A stretch of DNA of 64,000 nucleotides from a virus: the IMG/VR virus record IMGVR_UViG_3300020601_000007, positions 46,124 to 110,123 of that record, one strand, 5' to 3'. The stretch's first letter is position 1, and every line of letters begins with the position of its first letter. Below are positions 8,688 through 17,627 of this stretch, in pieces. The notes under the pieces were generated by a model. The model had not been told where the DNA came from. It made no database searches and saw nothing but the letters and a program-made list of their open reading frames with translations. The position numbers and the translations under genes are program-made.

Positions 8688-9464
8688 TCATTGATATGCC
8701 TCCCTCATCGCTGTGTCAAAGGCAGCGTCAAACATCTGCTCTTGGCTTTGTTCTTGCTCCATGTATTCATTGATGGTTTCCGCATGGCCGTAGGGACGTC
8801 CGTCTGTCCCGACGCCATTGATGTAGTCGTAATCGAAAATCAACATCGAAATGCGGTTTCGCCCGACCGAGTCTGGGACACGCACGATGGGAATCCCATC
8901 CTTCTCGGCTTCAATGAAGGCTTCTCCCCACTTGGAGGCAAGGGGTGTTTGCGGCTTTTCTGCGGGTTTCTTGATGGGGATGAACGAAACCCCCTTCTTC
9001 CTCATCTGACGGAAAAAGCCGCGCTCGTTTTCCCTTTCTTCTTGCTCCATCCACTCACTGAGCAATTTGAACAACTGAAGTGCTTGTGGGCAATACGTTC
9101 CCGACATTGGTCGTCCACGCCCCGGGATGACACCGGTCCATGGTGTGAACTGGATTGTTCGGCCACGGTCGTCGAGAAGGTATTCTCGCTTAAGGTCCCC
9201 GTAGTCTTGATTGCGACAATCCACCCCAGTGACGACGCACTGGTATGGTTTGTTGTGCTTGTAGCCGAAGAACCCAATGGTTCGCTTCACTGGCTTCAGC
9301 GTCTTGACAGCGCGCTTGATGTTTTTCTTTCGCGCACGCACGGGGTCGGCGTGTCGGCTAAACTCAAAGTCGATGACAGGCGTCACCGCATCCCAGTCCA
9401 TGTTTCGGTTCTGTGGCAAGGTGCCAAACAGTTCTTTCATTCGTTCCTCTTGGTAGTTGTTCAT
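8688..9464 (-). CDS. Hypothetical protein with degenerate Zn-binding motif (GTPase operon)
   Basis: CVVTGVDC...YCPQA; ATGA overlap with the GTPase stop. Confidence 0.7.
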   Translation of the reverse strand: MNNYQEERMKELFGTLPQNRNMDWDAVTPVIDFEFSRHADPVRARKKNIKRAVKTLKPVKRTIGFFGYKHNKPYQCVVTGVDCRNQDYGDLKREYLLDDRGRTIQFTPWTGVIPGRGRPMSGTYCPQALQLFKLLSEWMEQEERENERGFFRQMRKKGVSFIPIKKPAEKPQTPLASKWGEAFIEAEKDGIPIVRVPDSVGRNRISMLIFDYDYINGVGTDGRPYGHAETINEYMEQEQSQEQMFDAAFDTAMREAYQ

Positions 9465-10195
9465 AGGTCACTCATCCCTTTCATTATCGCGTCTTCCACG
9501 TTCCAGCCAACCATGGCCGATACAGCGTCCACCCTTGCCGGGATGCGCATTTCTTGGAGTTGGTAAAGGTGTTCCTTGAAAGGAGCGAAAATCGGGTGTT
9601 CTGAAATCAAACCCCGCTCCCATTGAGAATAACCCTGTTCATCCATCCATTCGTCAGCCTTGTTTGCGAGAATAATGATGCGTGAAGGACGCCACTTTCG
9701 CGCCTTGAAGCGCCGAATGAGACCGATTCCCCGTGGTTTCTTTCCTGTCATGAGGGACTCCACGATGTATCCGAGAGCCAATTGATTCGATGTGTCGTCT
9801 GGATTGAGGAGATGACGGTGGTCAATCATGATGATGAGCGTTTTGATTCGACGCTGATACATGTCTCGCAACCACATGGGGAAATATTCCTTGTGCCCAC
9901 CAATGTCCCTTGAAACGACCGTTTTGTGGAGGCCATCTGAACGGACCCTGTGGATTTGCTTTGTCGGCATTTTGTGGTTTCTGGTCAGCCAAGAGCGCCG
10001 GTGATGCGTCCTCTCATTTTCCCCCAACGGGCGAACCTTTCCTTCTGTCATCAATTGGCGGTCGAGGGTTGACTTCCCCGTCTCGCTGAAACCATACACA
10101 CCAATGTTGTGCGTGACGTATGTCCCTGCCTTGTCAAAAAACCGCCAGAAACCGTGAGCAACAACAATTGCGCTGGTTGAGATGGGGTCGACCAA
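9461..10195 (-). CDS. Arf/Sar1-like small GTPase (Ras superfamily)
   Basis: G1 GFSETGKST, G3 DIGGH, G4 LANKAD, G5 VSAM; aromatic N-terminal helix. Confidence 0.85.
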   Translation of the reverse strand: MVDPISTSAIVVAHGFWRFFDKAGTYVTHNIGVYGFSETGKSTLDRQLMTEGKVRPLGENERTHHRRSWLTRNHKMPTKQIHRVRSDGLHKTVVSRDIGGHKEYFPMWLRDMYQRRIKTLIIMIDHRHLLNPDDTSNQLALGYIVESLMTGKKPRGIGLIRRFKARKWRPSRIIILANKADEWMDEQGYSQWERGLISEHPIFAPFKEHLYQLQEMRIPARVDAVSAMVGWNVEDAIMKGMSDL

Positions 10196-10199
10196 TCAA

Positions 10200-10418
10200 T
10201 CACCCCAGAATCCATCCGATGATACCAGCGTGACCCGATGCCTTGTAGATGGCGTAGTCGGTGACCGCTGTCACGACCACGCCAGTGCCTGTGAGAATCA
10301 GGGACCAGAAGGCGTATTTGATGCGCAGGTATCGCATCGCCCATGTTGTCCCCAAGTGCGTGTTTTTCATCAGGGATTCCACTTGAGCGTCCTGACTGTC
10401 GTTGAAAATGATGCCCAT
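10200..10418 (-). CDS. Small membrane protein (GTPase operon)
   Basis: FWSLILTGTGVVVTAV; GGGGAGAG RBS. Confidence 0.65.
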   Translation of the reverse strand: MGIIFNDSQDAQVESLMKNTHLGTTWAMRYLRIKYAFWSLILTGTGVVVTAVTDYAIYKASGHAGIIGWILG

Positions 10419-10527
10419 TTCACTCTCCCCTGCTGTTCATTCCACAATCATCGGTGTTGATAACACCGTTGGTCTCCACGGACCATGCGCTTGCATGTGC
10501 CCCCAGAGGCCGTTGGTGCACCGCATC

Positions 10528-11259
10528 TCACTCCGCTGCTTCGGTCATCGGCTCGGTCCCGCTTGGTGTCAAGTCGAGCGAACTCGTCGCGGATGATGGA
10601 GCGGAGGGTTGCGTAGTCGGGATAGGGGAGTTCAGCGTCAGTTTCGGGCCTATCGGGATTCCCATGATTCGGTGCCGGTCGATTCCGAACTGCTCCGGGG
10701 TCAGGGGTGCTTGCGGTGCTGATTGGCTTTGTAATGCCTGAATCTGCGCCATCACCTGCTGAATCCCTTCCAAGTTTCCCATCAGTTGCTGAGATTCTGT
10801 TGGGGTGATGACATTGTCTGCCATCGCTGCTGAGAGGTTTCCCTGATACATGGCCATCTGTTGTCCAAGAACCACCTCAAGTTGTGCCTTTTCCTGCTCG
10901 AACTTCAATTGTGCCATGCGGCGTCGGTTGGAGTTCCGCATTCGCTTGAGTTGTCGGCGGTGCTGGGAGGAATCCTCAAACATCGCTCGGTAGATGAAAT
11001 AGAACGCTGCTTGGACTGAAAACCCAGCGAACCCGTAGAAAATAGCGCTCTCGTATGCAGTGTTGAAGTGGCTCCATGTCCAGTTCACATACAGCAGAAT
11101 ACAAAACGCAAGCAAAATTGATTGGAACAACATGGTTCCAAGCAATCGCAACTCGCTCTCTCGCAACTGGTCCCGGTAGTCCTGCTCTTCGTCACTGACT
11201 TCACCCAAAAGGGTGTTCAGGAGCGGGTTGTTCCCAATGATGTCAGGACTGACAACCAA
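10528..11259 (-). CDS. Two-TM protein with cytoplasmic coiled coil
   Basis: TTG start 11259 after GGAGGTG; two TM helices, then a Gln-rich coil. Confidence 0.7.
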   Translation of the reverse strand: MVVSPDIIGNNPLLNTLLGEVSDEEQDYRDQLRESELRLLGTMLFQSILLAFCILLYVNWTWSHFNTAYESAIFYGFAGFSVQAAFYFIYRAMFEDSSQHRRQLKRMRNSNRRRMAQLKFEQEKAQLEVVLGQQMAMYQGNLSAAMADNVITPTESQQLMGNLEGIQQVMAQIQALQSQSAPQAPLTPEQFGIDRHRIMGIPIGPKLTLNSPIPTTQPSAPSSATSSLDLTPSGTEPMTEAAE

Positions 11260-11413
11260 TTCGTGCCACCTCCAAAAGTCCAAGCATTTCAATCCGGTCT
11301 GCTGGTTCATGCGTGAAGAGTTCAACCCCTTCGGGGCCCTCCACAATCACCAGAAACCTTGCCTCGGAACCTCGCAGGGCCCGGATACCTTCCTGTATTT
11401 GTTTCACATTCAT

Positions 11414-11692
11414 TCAATTCACCTTGTAGGTTTTGAGGATAACCTGAACATCCTTCATTGAGTCAGAACTGAGATTCCCCTCCATCACTTCAAACAACTT
11501 CATGGCAGTTTTGAGGGATTTGGGAAACCAAAAGAGGTCGTATTTCGGACTTTTCTCGATGGTAATGCCGTTCCCATCGAAATTGTATTCCTTCGTGCTG
11601 AACCACTCATCGGGGAGTGTCATTTCCCAGTCTCGCGCCTCTTGAAGACCACGGACAGACTTCACCAACTTGACACAGACTTGATTCGTCAT
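11414..11692 (-). CDS. Hypothetical protein (92 aa)
   Basis: ATG just after the thermosome stop, with GGAGAGTGA RBS. Confidence 0.6.
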   Translation of the reverse strand: MTNQVCVKLVKSVRGLQEARDWEMTLPDEWFSTKEYNFDGNGITIEKSPKYDLFWFPKSLKTAMKLFEVMEGNLSSDSMKDVQVILKTYKVN

Positions 11693-11696
11693 TTGC

Positions 11697-13235
11697 TCAC
11701 TCTCCGAATTCGTCCGGTTCACGGGCGATGATGATGTTGTCAATACGCAAGAGCATGGACGCCGTGGACGTAGCAGACTCAAGAGCGCGTAGAACGACCT
11801 TCATCGGCTCCACGACCTTTTCTGCTGCCATGTCGACGACCTCCCCAGTGTAGACGTTGAGGCCTGCGGTCTTGTTGCCCTCTGCGTGTGCCTTGCGAAG
11901 TTCTCGAAGGGTGGCGATAGGCTGCATCTGCCCGCTGTTCTCGGCAAGGGTCAGGGGGATGATTTCCAGTGCATCTGCGAATGCTTCGACTGCGAGGGAC
12001 TCAAGTCCACCGACGCTCGTAGCGAATTCACGCAGGCGAATAGCCAACTCAACTTGAGATGCTCCTCCGCCCGCCAGAACCTTGCCCTCTTTGCGAGCAA
12101 CGTGAACGACACCGATTGCATCATCCATGGCACGAGCGATTTCTTGGGATGCCTGCTGGGTAGGGGCTTGGACCACGATGGAAACAGCGTTCTTGTTTGG
12201 TGTTCCTCGTAGCAAAAAGAAACCGCGCTGTCCGTTGGTGGACTCGACCTCTTCAATGGCCTCGCATGTTCCGAGGTCGTCAGACTCAAGGTCTTCGAGT
12301 TCTGCCACGATGAGAGCGTTGGTCGCATCAGAGATGGCCTCAAGGTTGGAGGCGGAACAGCGGCGACAGGCGATGATGCCGTTGCGAGCGAAAATTTCAG
12401 CAAGGGTCGGGTGAATGTCCTTCATTGTCAGAATAACGTTCGTTCCAAGGTTGGCGATGTGTTCAGCCATGTTGGCGATGAGAGTGCGCTGGCGCTGACG
12501 GAAGGCTTCGGCTTCTTCTGCACTGTTGAATTGGAGGTTGGTCCCCTTCGCCATGGCAGGTAGGTCAAGAGCACCTTCAATGAGAGCGATGCGCGCATTG
12601 TCAAGGCTGGAAGGCATGGCGCTGTGCATTTTCATTTGACCGACGAGAATGCCGTCAGGAGCATAGGACTCCGAAACGGGAGAACCGTAGCGAGAAAGGA
12701 CATTGATGGAACCCGGTGCAGCCTGCTCGGTTGCCTTCACGCACAGTTCAGCCAGATGTTCTCGTTCCACTTCTGCGGTTTTCCCTGTCATGGCGGTCAT
12801 AGCGATGTCCAAGAAATATTCGTCAGCAGGGATGGTCAGGTCCTCGATGATTTCTTGGCACTTAGCAAGGGCGATTTGGTATCCATTGACGATGGTTGTT
12901 GGGTGGACTCGCTTTGCGAGAAGGTCTTCCGCTTGCTTCAGCAGTTCTCCGGTCTTGACAATGGCTGATGTGGTTCCGTCGTAGCACTCTTCTTCCTGCG
13001 TGCGTGCGACTTCCACCATCATTTTTGCAGTGGCGTGCGTGAAGTTCGTTTCTTTCAGGATGGTTGCACCATCATTGGTGATGACGGTTCGGCCAGTGGC
13101 ATCGACCAACTGCTTGTCCATCCCCTTTGGTCCAAGTGTTGAGCGAACGAGTTCAGCGACAAATTTGCCGATGCTGATGTTCACTTCTTGGGCGGTTTGC
13201 TGCTTTTGCTGCTTCGCGTCGGTGGGTTGACTCAT
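11697..13235 (-). CDS. ths: Group II chaperonin (thermosome subunit), 512 aa
   Basis: STLGPKGMDK, ITNDGATIL, YDGTTS, AGGGA, FADALEIIPLTLAENSG, VVEP, LLRID. Confidence 0.95.
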   Translation of the reverse strand: MSQPTDAKQQKQQTAQEVNISIGKFVAELVRSTLGPKGMDKQLVDATGRTVITNDGATILKETNFTHATAKMMVEVARTQEEECYDGTTSAIVKTGELLKQAEDLLAKRVHPTTIVNGYQIALAKCQEIIEDLTIPADEYFLDIAMTAMTGKTAEVEREHLAELCVKATEQAAPGSINVLSRYGSPVSESYAPDGILVGQMKMHSAMPSSLDNARIALIEGALDLPAMAKGTNLQFNSAEEAEAFRQRQRTLIANMAEHIANLGTNVILTMKDIHPTLAEIFARNGIIACRRCSASNLEAISDATNALIVAELEDLESDDLGTCEAIEEVESTNGQRGFFLLRGTPNKNAVSIVVQAPTQQASQEIARAMDDAIGVVHVARKEGKVLAGGGASQVELAIRLREFATSVGGLESLAVEAFADALEIIPLTLAENSGQMQPIATLRELRKAHAEGNKTAGLNVYTGEVVDMAAEKVVEPMKVVLRALESATSTASMLLRIDNIIIAREPDEFGE

Positions 13236-13281
13236 GTTTCTCAGAAGGGCCCGTTTGACAAGTGGGCTTAAAGGAAGCGGC

Positions 13282-13749
13282 TCAAACCGCAATCCAATGA
13301 AGGGTCTGACTGCCACTGGCTGCACACAAGAAAATGGATGAACCACGTGTGATTTCAAGGGTCAGCGAACCACCTGCCGCAATTGGGAAGCCGACGGTTG
13401 CTGAAGTCGCTGAATTTCCTACCCGAATGACTTGCCCGTTTCCAGAATCTGCGCTGAGCGTGATGCTACGTTGCGCGACAATCGGGATGATTTGATTGTT
13501 GGTCCCGCTTGCATAGGCGTCGGAATAATAGTCGTCAAGAGAACGTGCGGTGTTCGTGATGGTCATCGACACGAAGCCGTATTCAGTCCCTCCTGCACTG
13601 CGCAGTGATGGGAACTTCTCAACGCCACTATCTACGGTCTTCAATTTGGCGTAAGCGGAATCAGAATCAACCACGCCTTCGAGGGGGTAATTGTCAGCCC
13701 CACCCGAACTGGGTCCTTTGCGCTTGACGCTTATGGGTTCTCCTGCCAT
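13282..13749 (-). CDS. Beta-rich structural protein (jelly-roll-like spike/minor capsid domain)
   Basis: SITLSADSGN..IRVG..GFPIAAGGSLTLEI..IFL..SQTLHWI strand pattern. Confidence 0.55.
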   Translation of the reverse strand: MAGEPISVKRKGPSSGGADNYPLEGVVDSDSAYAKLKTVDSGVEKFPSLRSAGGTEYGFVSMTITNTARSLDDYYSDAYASGTNNQIIPIVAQRSITLSADSGNGQVIRVGNSATSATVGFPIAAGGSLTLEITRGSSIFLCAASGSQTLHWIAV

Positions 13750-13830
13750 GATGACAATGCAGGGTGCTCTTGCTCTTGAGTGTTTCTGAACATGGGATGC
13801 TTTATGACCACAACGTCAAGAGCGTGCAGC

Positions 13831-14268
13831 ATGAAGGTCGTAAGCCGCCCGGAAGTCAAAGGTCCAACAGGGAACTGCAAAGCATGTGGGTCAGTGACTC
13901 GCTCACACATCCTCGAGAAAGCCACTTATGAGGAATACGAAATCGTCACATCGGAAGAATACGAAGAATACGTTGACGACTTTGAAGAGGAAACCGGAGA
14001 GGAGGAAATTGAACTCCGATACCGTTTGCTTGACCGTCCGACTGTCATGTGTCATCGTTGCTGGGTTCCCTTCCGAGAGGCTCAGTGCACTCACCTTGAA
14101 GAGCACCTCGAAGAATGGCTGGAGGCCCCGCTGGAACACACTCCAAAAATCAAAGTGTTCCTTGCCCGATGGAAATACCACTGCTTTGACGAAATTGCAG
14201 ACAAAGGCAAAGACAACGTCCGTTCTCTTCGCACTGCCATCAAGGAGGCGATGTTGAATGTCGAATGA
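13831..14268 (+). CDS. Zinc-ribbon protein with acidic insert
   Basis: CKAC...CHRC; TTTATG ~28 nt upstream. Confidence 0.6.
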   Translation: MKVVSRPEVKGPTGNCKACGSVTRSHILEKATYEEYEIVTSEEYEEYVDDFEEETGEEEIELRYRLLDRPTVMCHRCWVPFREAQCTHLEEHLEEWLEAPLEHTPKIKVFLARWKYHCFDEIADKGKDNVRSLRTAIKEAMLNVE

Positions 14269-14488
14269 AAAAGCCATGGCCATCATTGACGACTGTCGTG
14301 CTCGTCTCCAAGAAGCCGGGGTCGAGGATGTCATGATTGCGATGGGCGGGGAGGGCGGGGTTGCTTTCTCCTTCAGTGGCGCTACGAAGACACTCGCCTA
14401 CCTCTCAATGTCTGCATGGCTTGAAGTCATGATGTCGTCCATGGCGAGTCAGCATGTGGAATCAGGACCACTGACAGATGATATTTGA
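14258..14488 (+). CDS. Hypothetical protein
   Basis: GGAGG RBS; overlaps the previous gene. Confidence 0.55.
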   Translation: MSNEKAMAIIDDCRARLQEAGVEDVMIAMGGEGGVAFSFSGATKTLAYLSMSAWLEVMMSSMASQHVESGPLTDDI

Positions 14489-14498
14489 GGTTGGTAAC

Positions 14499-15125
14499 AT
14501 GGCAAAAGACGAACGAATCAAAGCAAACGAATGGGAGGTCAAAAAGCGGTGCCCGATTTGCAGCGACATCGCTGCGAACAAAATCGACCTTGAAGGAGAA
14601 CAACTGTTTGATGACCCTGAGAAGAAGAAGCCGATGTTCTGTCCCAACATTCTGGACAAAGAAACCGGGCAAATGTGTGGGCACACCGACATCCGTATTT
14701 TCCACGAAATTGGTTCAGTGGAAATCGCACGCACGTCCACGCGTGGGGACACGCAGCCTTGGGCACACATTACGGTTGTCCGATGCATGTCCTGCGACTG
14801 GCGGCATGTTGTCGCCACCAACCCCTGTTTGGGCAACCCGTGGGACGAAGTGATGGGCTTTGCACGCCCGATGGACCAATCGAAGGAGACCAAGCGCAAG
14901 ATTCGGTTCTCCAACGAGCAGGCGGTCGGACTGCGAGCGCATGATGAGAAATACGACAAGAAAACGGCTCTCCGGAACAAAAGGTATAAGTCCACGCGTA
15001 AGGTGCGTAATCATGAGGAGGGTGGAAAGGCATCCCAAGGAACAGAAAGTGAGTTCACCTATGTCCCGACAAAAGAAGAGAAGCGCCTCCCCCGATTCAG
15101 CAAAAACAAAAAGAAAAAGGATTGA
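14499..15125 (+). CDS. Multi-Cys zinc-finger protein with basic tail
   Basis: CPIC, CPN..CGH, CMSC; Lys-rich C-terminus. Confidence 0.65.
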   Translation: MAKDERIKANEWEVKKRCPICSDIAANKIDLEGEQLFDDPEKKKPMFCPNILDKETGQMCGHTDIRIFHEIGSVEIARTSTRGDTQPWAHITVVRCMSCDWRHVVATNPCLGNPWDEVMGFARPMDQSKETKRKIRFSNEQAVGLRAHDEKYDKKTALRNKRYKSTRKVRNHEEGGKASQGTESEFTYVPTKEEKRLPRFSKNKKKKD

Positions 15126-15130
15126 TTGAG

Positions 15131-15307
15131 ATGGCAAAAGAAATCAAAGAAACGAACATCAGCGTGAGCATGAACTACAAAGGACTCGAATTCACCTTGT
15201 CCCAGCAAGTCAGCAACTACGAACTCGAAGAGCGACTCGACATTTTGGTCGCTCAAGTCAAGGCGTTGTCTGCTGCCTCCGCTGGCTTGGCAGACCCCGA
15301 AGCCTGA
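15131..15307 (+). CDS. Small hypothetical protein
   Basis: End of the plus-strand operon; converges on 15309. Confidence 0.5.
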   Translation: MAKEIKETNISVSMNYKGLEFTLSQQVSNYELEERLDILVAQVKALSAASAGLADPEA

Positions 15308-15308
15308 T

Positions 15309-15656
15309 TCAAGCACGCTTTTTTGCGTAGCGGTATGCCAGCAAAGGCAGACCGATTAAAATCGTCAGATTTACCACTGTTTTGGCCACAGCGCCAGCGT
15401 TCTCGCTGACCTTTTCCCTGACCTGCTCAACCGGTGTTGGTTTGTCGGGTGGGGCTAACGGGCCAAAGAAACCACTGGCTGACATGTCTACGCCTTGATA
15501 CACTCCACCTCGACGCTTCGAGAATGGCGCAGCGCTCTTCTCATATCGGTTGTCGAGAGCGAGACTGTTGAAATCATCTGCCCACGTCCTTGACATCGGG
15601 TCATGAGCGTGCGGGCTGAACCGTGTGGTCTTACGGTGCATGTCGTCGTGTCCCAC
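15309..15656 (-). CDS. Small protein with C-terminal TM
   Basis: GAGGTGGGA RBS; VVNLTILIGLPLLAY. Confidence 0.6.
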   Translation of the reverse strand: MGHDDMHRKTTRFSPHAHDPMSRTWADDFNSLALDNRYEKSAAPFSKRRGGVYQGVDMSASGFFGPLAPPDKPTPVEQVREKVSENAGAVAKTVVNLTILIGLPLLAYRYAKKRA

Positions 15657-15665
15657 GCTCCCACC

Positions 15666-15830
15666 TCACTTTTGATTCCTTTCTACCAAAAACATCCCGG
15701 TGTGGGCAGCACTGTATCCAAGGAACGCCACTGCGAGACCCCTGCGCCCTCCCTTGAAGTGGTAAGCGGATAGGCCAAGGCAAGCGGCGGTGACGCTAAG
15801 CGTGAGCACCTGAGTGACTGAGAGAGCCAT
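15666..15830 (-). CDS. Two-TM micro-protein (54 aa)
   Basis: Read manually: MALSVTQVLTLSVTAACLGLSAY...; TGATG coupling. Confidence 0.55.
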   Translation of the reverse strand: MALSVTQVLTLSVTAACLGLSAYHFKGGRRGLAVAFLGYSAAHTGMFLVERNQK

Positions 15831-16060
15831 CACCAGAAACCTCCCAAATAGCCCTCAGAATACGCTCGGTGCCTGAAAGGTGTTCCGGTTTCTTCACCGG
15901 AGGATGAGACCCTGTGGGCGTGCTCGTAGAAGTCATTTGAGTTATTAAACGTGACATAAGCGTTGGCTCCCCAAGCAACAAGCAAGATGGCCAAGAGCCC
16001 GTAGAAAGAAACCATGTCTCTTTCCTCGAGATAGTCGTGGCCGTGGTCAAAATACCCCAT
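15830..16060 (-). CDS. Small membrane protein
   Basis: FYGLLAILLVAWGA. Confidence 0.6.
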   Translation of the reverse strand: MGYFDHGHDYLEERDMVSFYGLLAILLVAWGANAYVTFNNSNDFYEHAHRVSSSGEETGTPFRHRAYSEGYLGGFW

Positions 16061-16732
16061 TCAAATCACCACCATGTCTTCTGCGGTCTCAGGGACGAAG
16101 CCATCCATCGAATACAGGTTAGCGACTGCACCCTCGAGTTTGATTTCTTCTCGCTTTGCTCCGAATTGCTGTTTCCCAGTGAAGTGGGAAGGAGCAGAAC
16201 CGAGACCGACGCTCTGTGCGATACGGCGTCGTAGAGAAGGCGGAGTGGACCTCATGCGGCCAAACATACCAGAGGAGGCTCCAGTGCGCTCCAGAAGCGT
16301 AGGAGCGGCTTCCTTGGGCATCATGGCGTGGGAGGCACTGGTCGATGTGGTCGTGGAGGTGGAAGCGCCGAGGCCTCCGAGTTCCTTCAGGCGGTCGGCT
16401 TGACCGGAGTGCATTTTCGAGGCGGCTTTCAATTCCGTCTGGATTTTCTCCAATTTCTCTTTTTGAGACTTGGACAGGTGAGCGAGAGAGGAAGCCTTCT
16501 CATGCTTTAGCCATGCTTCAGGTCCTTCTGCTGCGATTCCCATGTTGGCCACGCCATTGGTGTAGGATGCGGAATACGGAGAAGAGCCTTTGGGGGCAGT
16601 GAGTGCTTTGATGAGACTGGTGCCAGCATAATACAAGGCGACAGCACCACAAAGAGAGACGATGGGGTGTTCATCCACGAAACGGTCAAGTTCCGATGCG
16701 GTCGGGATAATCGTTCCAATAAATTTCACCAT
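16061..16732 (-). CDS. Membrane protein with GLG motifs
   Basis: TM helix; LGGLGA, GMFG, VGLGS; helical ELKAASKMHSGQADRL module. Confidence 0.65.
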   Translation of the reverse strand: MVKFIGTIIPTASELDRFVDEHPIVSLCGAVALYYAGTSLIKALTAPKGSSPYSASYTNGVANMGIAAEGPEAWLKHEKASSLAHLSKSQKEKLEKIQTELKAASKMHSGQADRLKELGGLGASTSTTTSTSASHAMMPKEAAPTLLERTGASSGMFGRMRSTPPSLRRRIAQSVGLGSAPSHFTGKQQFGAKREEIKLEGAVANLYSMDGFVPETAEDMVVI

Positions 16733-17142
16733 CAGTTATCACTCCTAAAGGGGTCGTTGCTTTGCTGGTAGAGGTAATATCCGCCAGCCCCACCACCGAA
16801 CACAAGCGCACCAATCCCAGCAGCAAGTGCTGCTTTCTTCAGGGTGTAGGTGTTCAGTCGAGTGGAAAGGGAGGGGGCTGCCATGATGAGGATGAGACCA
16901 AGAAGCGCTCCACCGGCACCGATGGCACCGACTTGAGGAGCATTGAGGGCACCAAGGCCACTCATCTGACGATATGTCAGGTAGTCGTGAACGGCGTTCA
17001 ATCGGTCATCTGCCGTAGCAACGTATGTTTGTGCCCACTCATCCACTTTGGTTTCAGGGCCGACGATGTCTTTCAAGCGAGATGCATTCGCATCTATGGA
17101 GCGTATTTGTGAGCGGACCATGTAGTTTGAGTGGCGGCTCAA
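16732..17142 (-). CDS. Helical domain plus SGLGA plus two TM helices
   Basis: MVRSQI..EWAQTYVATADDRLNAVHDYL; start uncertain (TTG 17142 or ATG 17121). Confidence 0.65.
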   Translation of the reverse strand: MSRHSNYMVRSQIRSIDANASRLKDIVGPETKVDEWAQTYVATADDRLNAVHDYLTYRQMSGLGALNAPQVGAIGAGGALLGLILIMAAPSLSTRLNTYTLKKAALAAGIGALVFGGGAGGYYLYQQSNDPFRSDN

Positions 17143-17627
17143 ACACGTCCCCTCCACAACTTCTGAACGCCTGACAGACCGGCGAAGACAGAAGCCCCAG
17201 TGTGGAGGTCAACAAGAGAGGACGGTGCTGGCTTCGCAATCGGTTGCTCTCCGTATCGTTGACGCATAGGGGCCGTTCCGGTCTTGTCAAAGAACGCTGA
17301 CTCATAGGCTTGTGGGGTTGGTTTTGTTGGAGTCTTGAAACGGGTGTCAACATACAGGGAAGGGTTTCGGATGGGTGCAGCGTTCAAGTGCTGGGTGTCC
17401 CTGTAAAAATCACCCTTGTATTGCCCCTCATCGGGGGATGGAGCATAGGCACGGCCAAGGTTGCCGAGAGCCGCATCACCGTATAGGATGCGTCGGTAGT
17501 TTCGCCCGATGAAATTGCTCGTGCCTTCAAGGACCATTGGGATAATAACTGCTCCAGAAAGAGCGGCCCACAGGATGTCTCGGTCAGCAAGTCGAAGCAA
17601 CGGATGTTTATACGCCATTTTCATCAC
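17139..17627 (-). CDS. Membrane protein with LG motifs
   Basis: N-terminal TM; LGNLG, AGLSG. Confidence 0.6.
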   Translation of the reverse strand: MMKMAYKHPLLRLADRDILWAALSGAVIIPMVLEGTSNFIGRNYRRILYGDAALGNLGRAYAPSPDEGQYKGDFYRDTQHLNAAPIRNPSLYVDTRFKTPTKPTPQAYESAFFDKTGTAPMRQRYGEQPIAKPAPSSLVDLHTGASVFAGLSGVQKLWRGRV

